Shown piece by piece: positions 52,900 to 64,000 of a DNA stretch of 64,000 bases (positions within the stretch are counted from its first letter, which is position 1; each line of letters opens with the position of its first letter). Both the position numbers and the translations under genes were made by a program. The notes under the pieces are model-generated. The model had not been told where the DNA came from, searched no databases, and saw only the letters and a program-made list of their open reading frames with translations. Origin of the DNA: Nemertoderma westbladi (lineage: Eukaryota; Animalia; Xenacoelomorpha); assembly GCA_032718475.1 (NCBI GenBank), contig JAUCBJ010006869.1, positions 56,332 through 120,331 of the forward strand, given 5' to 3'.

Positions 52900-53540
52900 C
52901 CTTCGAGACAAACGGGACCCCGCAGGCATATCAGTGCTGCTCAAAGCAGAGAGAAACTCTGCTGCCTGCGGATCTACGTCACACACTTGGAGTAAGCCAC
53001 TTCCCGGTTCATAGCTAGTAGGATTGCGAGACGCTTAAAGAACTACACCGAGGTGGGTGAAAGTCCCCCAAATGATGACATGATTAAAGGTGTGTGTGGC
53101 CACTCGACCTCTCGATTTCGTTCCTCGTGATGAAGGTGAGAACCCTCTAGAGTACGGGCCATGTTGGTCGGGGCTAGCGGGTTGAACTTAGAGATATCCA
53201 GAAACTGCGACGACCAGTCGCGCCTCCTGGTCTACGGTTCTCGAATGCCTGCTGAATAGCTCCCCAGTAATGTGGTGTAAATGGGTCTCAGTCGAAACAT
53301 TGTGTCCGACCTCGGTGAGGGTTGAAGCGACGTAATCCCGGATCTCGTTATGCCGTATTGACGAAAAACCGCATGTGGGACACGACAGGACATGATTAAC
53401 GGAAAATCGTGTCCCACAGGCTCAACGAGCTGGGAGCAGGCAGGGTAGGCAGCCAACCATAACGGAGGCATAGGGCATCTTTCTTTAGTAATTCTGTTAT
53501 ATTTGTGGAACGTGTGCCCTGTGCCACATGCCACCTTTTT
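52900..53540 (-). mobile_element. Third CRE-clade non-LTR fragment (Zn knuckle/RLE), decayed
   Basis: DALCLRYGW, HVLSCPTCGFSSIRHNEIRDYVASTLTEVGHNVSTE and DQEARL across frameshifts. Same subgroup as the 27-kb element. Confidence 0.78.
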
Positions 53541-55997
53541 GTACAATATAGGCCTATATGTGTCAGGGATCTTAGAATCGCGTTAAGCCATTGTATAAAT
53601 TTAATTAGAATATTTGGTTGGTGCTGTTTATGCTCTAGATATGTAACTGTTGACACAGTTAGTTAGAACATTTCTTTACTAGAGCGCCGTCGAAACATAT
53701 CCTAAAAAGTAATTAGTAAACTGCGAACAGAAAGTAATGTAAAGTAAAGTAAATACAAAGCGAATGAGGGCCTCCAGCGGAAGCCTTCCTTGGGTGATTA
53801 GTCCTGGTTCACAATGGGTAAACAGGAAATATATAATAATATAATATAATCCGTATTATATTGTGTATTTGTAAGCCTCGCCCCTATTTTATCGTTACTA
53901 GTACAAAACGTGGTTTTCTGAAAATTATCTAAGTAAAAGTACTTTCGTAAATATTGTAAAATTACTCAAGACATGTTTCATAAAACGATTGTTTGTAAGG
54001 GATTGTTTACTTTGCAATTGCCGCAACGCATAAAATATCACCAGACCGCTAATAAGTTGACAAAATGTATCAAATTCCTAGTATTATATTAATTATTATT
54101 ATATCACCTCGGTCTTTAAATTATTACTGGGGGTATTTAAAGAAACAATTACAGTCACATGACTTCACTTCACAAGGTCTTCGTACGGGTACCATAATTA
54201 GATAGCAATCAATTATAATAAAGTGAGAACATGATAATTAAAATATTGTAATTGAAGACGAGAGAGGATTGGGGGGGGGGGGGGGGGGGTGGGGGAAAGT
54301 TGACGCAAATCCCATCAAGGCGAATTAACAATGTTAATTATCAATTAAAGGAGAGAAGTATGTTACAGTGGCACGTTATTCTAACCAAAACAATACACGA
54401 AAGTCGGTAAAACAGATTACATTTTTATATTTGAGAGTAACCAGCTGTTATTTGCGTCGATTTTTCCCTGGAGAGGGATGTATTTTGATGAGAGAGTAAT
54501 CGGTACGTTCGTATAATAATGTAAATGTTAATTCTTATTATTGCAGAAACTTCTCCGTTGACAAACAATTTCAAGGAAGCAAACGACAGAGCAATAATTG
54601 CTAAATCGAATATTGTAAGTGACCCTGCTATCCATATACTGACATCGTATATAGAGCCTAAAGCCCGTATTTATTTATATATAATTTATCAGTCGGGGGG
54701 GGGGCAAGGCATCTTATCTCTGGTTTATCTGATGCCGGTTGTAAGACCGGCAGACACTACTGTATTCGGAAGTAAAACCCTACAAACACAAATTCTATAT
54801 AAGGTACCGTAGGCTACAGAAGTAAAAATGCACTCTGTCACAAGTTTATACTTGAACGTACATATTATTGCTTCAGATGTTATATATATTTCTAGAATAC
54901 ATACGTTTTAACCAATAAGAATTCAGCATTTACAATAAGTGAATGGGCGTCCGAAGTGAGCCATGTAGTATTGGTAAATGTAAGTTCGTCTGATACATTG
55001 AGGACATTTCGTTTCCGGACGAAAAATATATCGGAATAATGTACGTGTTTGTAAGCAGTAAACAAGAATCAATAGAACAGGTTATAGTTTCTTTTTTGTT
55101 CATAATAAAGGTTGTCTGTTAGTTGGCAGCAGGCGTTGCGTTCACAAGTCTCTAACGGACTGTAACCGCTGGTGAATCCCAATGCCACCCATTTCATTAA
55201 TTATCTTAAAAATACGTATTAATTATGTGTTTGTTGAATAAATAGCTATGGCTTTGAACTGAATCCATGCTAATCATGTCATTTTTTTTAGCATATTCTG
55301 TTGTATAGATTTGCCAAAAGCCTTATATTGTCTCCATAACTTTTTAATTATGAGAAGGCTTATTATTAAATTTGAATACGGACTGAAAACAGAGCCTTCT
55401 GTCACAGACATAGAAGATGTGATATCTTGCAGTAACATTATTTAAATATTCTGGGCTATGTCTGTATTACACTAATTATCGTAATCACTATCATGCATAT
55501 TACACTAATTTAGTGATTTATACATCTTCCAATTCTAAATTAATAAAATAACTCTTAGGCTTCTAGACTGAGGCGATTCAGCCCTGAGAAAATATTATTT
55601 AATTAGGAAATAATTCCAATTCGCGCGCAAACTCAAAACTTGTCAGTTTATTATTCTGATTTAAAATTACATATTCTTATCAACTATTCTACAGTATTGA
55701 TTGGTCTTCTTTCTTTTGTTAGAGTTTTATTAGGTCTTCCTCCTTTGTTTGTTTAAACAACCCGAATCCTACTGAATTTCAATAACTTATAAAGATTATT
55801 AGCTGGGTGCGCGGTAAGGAATTTTATTTATAATATTGAATAATAATTATTATTCAAATATTTACTTATTACAGTAGGCCTACTCTACTACACTTAACGA
55901 AACGAAGCAATTTAGAAGATAACATCCATGACCTACTATTGATATATAGACTATAGATATGCTATAGTAGGTCATGTAAGTAAGTAGTACAGTAGGT

Positions 55998-57337
55998 CAA
56001 TAGAATTCTATTAAATCGCATCAGGGATCCCATTGAGAGACTGCTCCGTGGAAATCATAATGGGTTCCGTAAATGTCGTGGGACAATGGAGCCCATTTTG
56101 GCACTTAGAAGGATAATTGAAGAGTTATCAAAAAAGAAAATTTTGTTGGTTGTTTTCTTTGTTGACTTCTTCAAGGCCTTTGATTCAGTCTCCCGCTCAC
56201 GTATGTTCAGCATACTTTCATTATATGGGATTCCTGATGAAATTATTGCAGCAATCAGATCAGTATACGATGGTTCGACAACATTTGTGTCTACTGTTGA
56301 CGGTGACACTGAACTATTTGAAAGTTATTGGGCGTCCTCCAGGGAGACACACCTGCACCATTCTTGTTCATAATTGTGGGTGACTATGTTCTACGCATGT
56401 CCTTAGATCATCATAATGATGATGGGGTGATGATAACTCCACCTACTGGCTCCAGAAGTCGAGGAAATCCTTCCAAGTACCTAACTGATCTAGACTTTGC
56501 TGATGACTTAGGGATACTCTCAGAATCACTAGAGGGAGCCCAACGGCTCCTCAGCTCATTAGAACATGCTGCTTCTAGTGTTGGTCTTTTTATTAACTCC
56601 AGAAAGACCAAAATTTTAACAGTTAACTTTGAAAGTCCTCAGCAAGTCTCTGATCGGATGAGCATAAGCTCAAAGGATGGTATGCTTGAGCATGTGGACG
56701 ACTTCTGTTTCCTGGGATCATGGATCCGGAAGTCAGATGAGGACCTTCGAATACGTAAGGGAAAAGCATGGACAGCCTTGAATAGGCTTTCCAAGATTTG
56801 GAAGTCACCGAGAATTAATCAGAAACTTAAGGTCCGATTATTTAGAGCAGCAGTAGTTCCAGTACTCCTCTATGGGAGCCCATGCTGGGCTCTAACTGCT
56901 GAGGACACCAAATCTCTGGATGGCACATTCACAAGAATGCTACGTCGGGTTCCTTGTGTCAAGTACAATGCACACATCTCCAACCAGGCACTATATAACA
57001 TTGGAGGTGTCTCATTGGTTCCCCCAAGCTTGACACTACTGTAGAACAAATTCGCCTCCGTTTTGCAGGACATTGCTTTTGCCGTGAGGACCAGCCAGTG
57101 CATAATCTTGTACTTTGGCAGCCTCATGGAGTGAATAAGCATGGTGGACACGGACAGCCCATGACTTTCTTGAGACGCATCCTAAAGGACACTGGCCTTG
57201 AAGATGCGGATGATCTAGCAAATGTCATGGGTAATAGGGAGTTGTAGCGGCGCAATTTTGTCGACAAGCCGGCACAGCATTTTTAAAATTGCAGCTGCAA
57301 TGCAGCTTGCCGATCCTAGTAGTAGTAGTAGTAGTAG
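55998..57337 (+). mobile_element. RTE LINE, second 5'-truncated copy
   Basis: Near-identical to 28758-30065, with FVDFFKAFDS, GVLQGD and FADD. (TAG)n tail. TSD TAGTAGGTCATGTAA at 55965-55979 and 57332-57346. Confidence 0.92.
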
Positions 57338-57905
57338 GTCATGTAACATATTTTTACCGAAATTATATTACTCTATGGGTACTGTACAACAACTATTCAT
57401 ACTTACTCGTCCTCAATATTCATATAATAGTGATAGATAGATAGGCCTATCCATTAGTGAACCTTCTTCCACTGACTGACTATATTAATTAGTTACACAT
57501 TACCTTTAAGCCAAAGTCTCACGCAGCTTCCTACTGCTTCTTCTGTACAATAATTTAGTATAATGGACAATAATTTGTCCATTGTTAAAACTTTAGGAAA
57601 GTGCTTGATCACTCTAATCTGGTACCGGTATGTAGGCCTAACTAGAAAATGGACCCCTTGGTATGTACAGGTGCACAGTGCACACCTGCCACGATAATTA
57701 TCTCAAACCATAAAGGTTTTTAATTTTTTCAATATATGAATGTGATTATGCATTATGAATTATTATACGATATGTGAATAATATATGAATATATATTAGA
57801 TGTCATTGAAGGGCTAATTTTTTGTATTAAATTTGTACATATAGTACAATTAATTATTAAACTATAAGCCTCTGTATTCCCCGCCAGTTGTAATCCTACA
57901 ATCAG

Positions 57906-59084
57906 TGTAAAGGCTTTTGCGGAATTAGCCGGTTATTTTCCCCGTAAAGTACTCTGTAGTTGGTTTAACAGGCATAAAAGGCCGTGTCCTTACTGTACTG
58001 GTGTTTTAGAGGACATAAAAGCCATTCTTCTGTATGTGTACTTTAGCGGACATAATTAGCAATTCTATGACGCAATACGCCAGATCCTCTTGAAACAGTG
58101 TAGCTACCATGACGACGGCTAACAGCTGATGCTGTACACGTGGAGCTTTTTCTTTGTTCTCTGTTCCTTCTTTGTTCGGTCGACCAATCAGAGCGTTTTT
58201 TGCCTCTGCGTTAGAGATTGTATATAGAAACTCGTGGAGTTGAGTCAGTATGTGATTTTGTCCACAGCCTAGAACACCGGCTTTGGAACCTCCGTGTTTC
58301 AGTCTTTAGCCCAACATTAGTAGGCTTAATTATAGAACGTATATCTGTTATCTTAACTAATCATACCATAACTCACTCACTTAACGAACTAATCATATTG
58401 TCAACTACAAACACCGCATTTTTACTGCTATTTACTGTCGGTTATTCATTATATTTGTTGATGGAATATTATATTTGGAATACTGATAAATAATCAGACA
58501 CCCCAATCTTCTTGATATACTAAAGGTTAGAGAGACCGGTTACATATAACGATTGCGACTTACATTAAGTGGTTTGAAGTGAATCTAATGCTATTTCATA
58601 GGCCCTACATGTATTGTCTGTTGTTCTCTTTATATGTAACTAAAATTAATGAAGGTCGGCAGATTGGTGTGCAGCATTGTGCAGTATTGTGTATGATTGT
58701 GACTGATAACAAAGCATCTCCTAAAGAATGCGCCATATACGTGAATCTATAGCCATCCCGTTGTGTTTAGTTTAAGTCATAACTCTGTTTACATATTTAG
58801 AGCGCCACGTCCTAAAGGAACTGTTAATATTTCCCGAAAGTGAATAATATTTGTCAGAGATTATATATTACGATCAGTCGAATAATACAGTAGGCCTACC
58901 CCGCAATACGGTTAGGCTTCCGAATCCAGTCTCCCGGGTATATCCAGCGGGTGAATGATCGCGCATAGACTGGCTTCGGCTAATGTAGTGTATCAAATAC
59001 TTGTCATAGGCTAAAGACGATCTATCATCTAAAAGACATCCCAATTTGGCAGGTTAAACTGCTAAAGGTCTGAAAGCGCGAACA
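57906..59084. mobile_element. Solo LTR (1179 bp), inverted relative to 3941-5112
   Basis: TGTAAAGG...GCGAACA termini with a 5-bp TSD ATCAG at 57901-57905 and 59085-59089. Confidence 0.9.
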
Positions 59085-59384
59085 ATCAGTATTGGTCTGC
59101 GTGGTGATTAAACAGCTGAATGGTACAGCATTATTTGATTAACGATTAATTATTTGAGTAGGGCTGATTCATCAGCAAGGCCATTTCTGATTGGTGGATT
59201 AAAACTAGGATGAAAATTCCTTTGACCTAATAATCACGACGCATTAAATAGAAATAATATATAAAAAAGTAAATAATTTATAATAATTACGGACATAAAT
59301 AATTTAATTTTCTTAATCAATCTGCAAAAATCCTTATATATATTTAACTATATAATAGAATAATCCATCTCGCAAAATCTACAC

Positions 59385-59560
59385 AGCTTAGGCAATGGCG
59401 TCCAGTTGGGATCGAACTGGTCAACCCCATGTTGGAAGGCTGCCGCTCTATCCACACCAATAGTGTCTCAGATAAAACATTGACCTGGAAATACTACCTG
59501 AAATCTTGTATATTCGCTAATGGAAGTCACCATGGCCTCCAATCTGTACAGTATATACCA
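59385..59560 (-). mobile_element. Second copy of the tRNA-derived repeat
   Basis: gcaatg.cgtccag.tgggatcgaactggt and gacctggaaatacta are shared with 44490-44670. Confidence 0.55.
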
Positions 59561-60026
59561 TCATGTGCAGCCTCACGCTCGGCCTTCTAAGATAGGATTG
59601 GGACGTTTGGCATGAACCGAACTGAAACAGAACATAGCAATTTTGAATTTTGCTACTTATATTTCCCAAAATAAATGAAAAACAAAAACAAAAAGTGTGA
59701 AAAACAGTAAATATTTTTATATCTTATGAAATTATATTTTTTTCATTTTCGATTCTTGCATTTTATGATCAGATGTTTTTATATTGATATAAACAGGAAC
59801 ATGCTTTATCTTTGTAATTTCCACTTCTATAGGGATGTGAGTTTTCCTGAAATATGTTTTTCAAGGAAATTTCCGGAAAAGTACATATATTTCATCCGTA
59901 GTTACGACCACAAGAGACAAGACAACGAACCACCTAAACGCATCTAAGCAGGAATCCCTTGTTTCTAGTTGTGTAGTATCATCATAAGCCCTACGCCTTT
60001 GGCCCGCTAGATGGCGTAGCTATCGT

Positions 60027-61402
60027 CACCTTCAAGGCAGAACCCCCTAAGTCGATTTTTGTAGTTCTGAGATAATCGATAAAAACTGTTTATTTTTTAG
60101 AGAGATGCCTCAGTTTACTTGTTATTGTGTTTTTTGATAACTAAATATATATAGAATTCATATAATTAAACTTTTAATTTGATTTAGAATTACCTTTGAA
60201 ATATATTGCGGTTTTTTTGTAAAAATTCTGACTTATGGTGTTTTGCCAAAACAAAGGGGACCACCGTTTTCTGGTATTATCCCGTAACTATGCGATAGTT
60301 GCGGGGTATTGCCTAAAAAACAAGGTATCCTCAATTTGGCAAAACACCCTAAGTACGAATTTTTACAAATAACACGCAAAATATATCAAATAATAGCCAA
60401 GGCGTATCGTACGTCCTTAATAATTTAGTGCGTAGTGCGCACGTAATACATGTGCGCATTTGTTATTAGCTAATAAGTGCTATCTAACATGTTAACTAGC
60501 TCATGATCAGGTGTTTTTTTTAACTGTAAACGCAATAATAACAAATAATCACATACAATATAGCTTAACACACTTGCGCACATGTTGGAAATTTTTGAAT
60601 TCAAAATTCTAAAGGGCTCCATAAGTTTTTGATATTTTGGTATAAATTGCTTCTAAAATAAGTACGGGACTGTAGTTAGAATCATGTATCAATACAAATT
60701 GAACAAAATGTAGCCAAATGCAGAACTATAAGAACAAAATTTAGATTCATGAAAGCGGAACTCTAAGTACAAAATATAGCCATGGGTGGTACTCTACAGT
60801 AAGAACAAAGTCTAGCTACAGGGTTACAGCTACGTTAAAGTAAAGTTCACTTACAGTACGTCATGACGAATAATTAATGACCTGTTTTTTCTACAGTACG
60901 TGGCAACATTTTGAGCAACTCTATCAGCAACTTAGTAAGCATTTCAGGTTGCCGATCAAGTTGCTCTATGTAAACGCGAACTTTGTTGCTGTTAAAGATG
61001 CCTCATATAACGGAGACTAAAAGTTAATGTTGCTCAAATTAAGTTGCTAGATGCTGACCAAATTGTCCAAAACGTCCGGCAACCTAGAGTAACTTATAGC
61101 AACTTGGACAAAAACATTAAATGAGGGATAGATATTTATCAGCGCCACAAACATTAAATGAGGGATAGATATTTATCAGCGCCACAAACATTAATGTGGG
61201 ACAAACATTAATCAGGGTGATAAACATTAATGTGGGACATAAACATTGATGTAGGACACAAACAATAATGTGGGACAGAACATTGATATAGGACACAAAC
61301 ATTAATGAGGGACACAAATATTAATGAGGGACACAAACATTAATAAGGGACACAACATTAATGAGGGACACAAACATTAATTGAGGGACACTAACATTAA
61401 TC
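60027..61402 (+). repeat. Unclassified composite repeat (GGCAGAACCCC motifs, then ~21-bp acacaaacattaatgaggg array), copy 1
   Basis: cgtcaccttcaaggcagaacccc.taagtcgattttt at ~60026 recurs at ~63526. The tandem array at 61113-61402 recurs at 63880-63957. Confidence 0.55.
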
Positions 61403-61732
61403 GAAATATTCTGGACGATGATGAAGATGTGTAACTTGTTCGTTTCGTTGATTATTATATTATATTAAAATATTGATTGCATATACTGTAATTATAAAAG
61501 TAACAAAATATATTTCAATGGCTAAGGGCCAACATTGTCAATAATCCTAAAACAGTAATACTTCTATATGATATAACTCTGTAAATACCTATAAAATTGA
61601 GATGTGATTGTATGATAATATAATAATAGGCCTACAACAGTACCGGTACCAACATACGTAATGCAGTAACACATAGTGTACGGTAAATAAACTATATAAA
61701 GCACAACCTACATGTATGCAATATTGTATGAC

Positions 61733-63414
61733 TCCCCCCCCCCCCCCCCGGACATTGCACGGCATTTCCCCGATAGGGGGCGGGGGAAACGCTGTTGTAG
61801 GGCCGCCCAAGCCGCGGTGTTGGTGTTGGTTGGCACCGTGGATGGCGGCGTGGGTGGTTCTGGGGGCGGCGGGGTTGCCTCCTCCCTGGGCACCGATAGC
61901 GGGGGCGCGATCATCTGGTAGGACCGTGGGGTGCGGCCGGGGGGGCGGTGGTGGGCCGTTGGAGTAGCAGCCGCCACGGAGGATCGGGCTCTGGATGATG
62001 GCCAGTAGGAAACAGGCCTTCCTCGACAGTAGCGGCTGCTGCAGCCCGTCGATGACCCACACATCCGTGGTGCAGGCGGTGTGGAGGGCGGGGCACTGGA
62101 GGGTCGCAGTGAAGATCCTGATCACTGTCCACCCGGAGCGGCACCCATTGGCCAGTCGCGGCACTTTGGGGGGCGGTTGGGTGGTCCGGAGGTTCTCCGT
62201 CGTCCCGCCGAAGGAGCGGAAGGTGGGGAGCGGGAGCGCGGTGATGTTCGCTCCGGAGTCTGGGACGAACTGCGCCGCTGCGATCCCGAAGTTCGGGTTC
62301 TTCGCACCTGGAACCCGACAGTGACGGTCTCCGGAGGCTCCAGGGACTCCATAGCCAAGACGATGGGGGCGTCTTCCAGTTCGGCGCCCGCCAGGATGGA
62401 CCACACCTCGGCGCAGTTCGCCGTGGTGCATGAGTCGTCGGCGGGGCCGGTGGCAGCGTGGGCGCGCAGTTCGCCGGAGTTGCTCGGGCACATCTGGTCG
62501 TAGTGCCCAGTCGTGCCGCAGTGGCGGCACATTGCCTTTATTCCCGGGCACGTCTTTCCGGCCGGGTGCGGTGTGTATCCGCACTGGGGGCAGAGGGTGG
62601 GCGGTTGAAGTTGGTTGCGGCAGTTGTGGGTGCGCCGGCCTCCCGGCGTCGGAGCAGGGTGGGTCGCCATGCTGCGGGATGCGGTGGCCTTGGGGGTGGC
62701 GGTGTTGAAGGAGGCGGCGTCCTTCTGCGCCGTCCAAACGGATTGAGCCCGTCTGAGAGCGTCGGAGAGGGTCGCTCCATTCTTGAGGCGGAGGAGTTGC
62801 TCCGTCACCTCGCAGTCGTTGAACCCCGCCACGAACTGGTCGAGCAACTGTTCGTTGATGTGGGCCTCCGCGGTGGGGAGGGCGACGAACCGGCACTTGG
62901 TGGCGAGGTCACGGAGGTGGACGAGGAATGTCTCCGGGGTTTCCTCGGGGAGTCTTTGGCGGCGGGAGAGTTCCTGGCAGTGGACGCGGACGTTCGTCCC
63001 GCCGTCGATGTGGACTTCCAGTCTATCGATGACGGTGGTGGCATTACAGTTCTCCTCCGGTGTGAGGGCGAGTCCCTTGACCACGGCGTTGGTGGCGCGC
63101 GTAAAGGCGGTCATGAGGGCGGCTCGTCGTTGTCACTGGGTAGCGCGGAGGAGGACTGCCGATAGAGCTGGGTCGGGTTGGGCGGCGGGGTCGGCTTCGT
63201 GGAGGTTCTCCAGGCCGGAGGTGACGAGGAAGGCCTCCCATTCGTCGCGCCATAATGCCCTGGTGAGGCGCTCGGTTTCGATGTCGAACAGGGGCGGATT
63301 ACCTCGAAGAATGAAGCTTCTCGGATCGCGGTGGTCCGACATCTTCAATAGTGTTGACAGATTGGCGTTGAGTGAGTTGGGTGGTGTTGGTAGGTCGAAC
63401 CTAAAGCTGCGCCA
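61733..63414 (-). mobile_element. GC-rich Gypsy/Ty3 LTR retrotransposon remnant: gag + protease only, with PBS and PPT
   Basis: Gag from ATG 63342 (one in-frame stop): FLVHLRDLATKCRF, LLDQFVAG, CxxCG..H..C and CRHCGTTGHYDQMC knuckles. Protease FVPDSGANIT..PLLSRKAC. PBS TGGCGCAGC at 63406-63414. Poly-G PPT at 61733-61749. No RT or integrase. Confidence 0.85.
63395..63414 (-). other. Primer-binding site, tRNA-Ser-like
   Basis: TGGCGCAGCTTTAGGTTCGA follows a ...CA end. It is complementary to a tRNA 3' end ...GCUGCG-CCA as in tRNA-Ser(UGA). Confidence 0.6.
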
Positions 63415-63526
63415 TGACTAATCAGGAGGGCAGGGTGCAGCAATGCAGAAGGCCGTAGTACGTATGTACGTATCAGGATAATCAGGATGGATATAATGAA
63501 ACATAACATAACATAACTAAGATAGC

Positions 63527-63957
63527 GTCACCTTCAAGGCAGAACCCCCCAAGTCGATTTTTTTCGATTTTCATGTTTTTGACTTTTTGGGTAATTCGAT
63601 ATCGGATTTTTCGTCTGGCAGAACACCGAAGCTTTTCTACCAGCCATTTTTGAGTTATAAGCCAAAGACAGTTCCCCCTAACTTATGCCCACTTCGAGGC
63701 AGAACCCCCCAAGTCAATAATTGGCTTGCAAAACACCGTAAATTCAAGTATATGAAATTCAGTCCACCTGGCAAAACCCCTTAAATCAGAAATAACAACC
63801 TGTAAAACCCCTTAAATCAGAAACAATAGCCTGGCAAAACCCCGTAATTTATCATTTATATACTGGTTTGTATTGCGGCCAGGACACAAATATTAATTAG
63901 GGACACAAACATTATTGAGGGACGCAAACATTAATGAGGGACACAAAACATTAATAG
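63527..63957 (+). repeat. Unclassified composite repeat, copy 2 (shorter)
   Basis: Same start motif and same terminal ~21-bp array as 60027-61402. Confidence 0.55.
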
Positions 63958-64000
63958 GGCAGGGGTCCATGGTTGCCAATGGATATTAATATGAGCGATG

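Noticed and set aside
61590-61732. 3' LTR of the Gypsy remnant
   Set aside because: It follows the PPT but starts TC rather than TG and shows no visible match to the sequence upstream of the PBS (63415-63520).
62081-63421. Long + strand ORFs over the Gypsy region (also 40342-40797)
   Set aside because: These are antisense shadows of GC-rich, stop-poor retroelement sequence with no recognisable domains.

Overview
This is AT-rich animal (invertebrate-like) genomic DNA made almost entirely of transposable elements and tandem repeats. No intact host gene, rRNA or CRISPR array was found. In order along the window: (1) a decayed BEL/Pao LTR retrotransposon (- strand, ~0.55-5.98 kb) split by a 1.17-kb solo LTR, with a second inverted solo copy at 57.9-59.1 kb (each has its own 5-bp TSD); (2) a ~15-kb 42-bp satellite interrupted by a TA-flanked Tc1/mariner-type non-autonomous element that carries a nested MITE; (3) a ~3.8-kb 47-bp satellite; (4) three CRE-clade non-LTR fragments, one split by an RTE LINE; (5) several RTE LINE copies, MITEs and SINE-like elements; (6) a 4.1-kb IS3EU-type DNA transposon (TACGG termini, 6-bp TSD) with a DDE transposase and a convergent spliced HECT E3-ligase-like gene; (7) a GC-rich gag-protease-only Gypsy remnant. 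The best candidates for a second look are the transposon-borne HECT gene, pervasive TA-x-TA motifs that look like excision footprints (one demonstrably breaks a conserved RNase H motif), and two satellites whose units both look like splice acceptors. Family assignments come from motif recognition by eye, not database searches, and none of this proves a new biological system.
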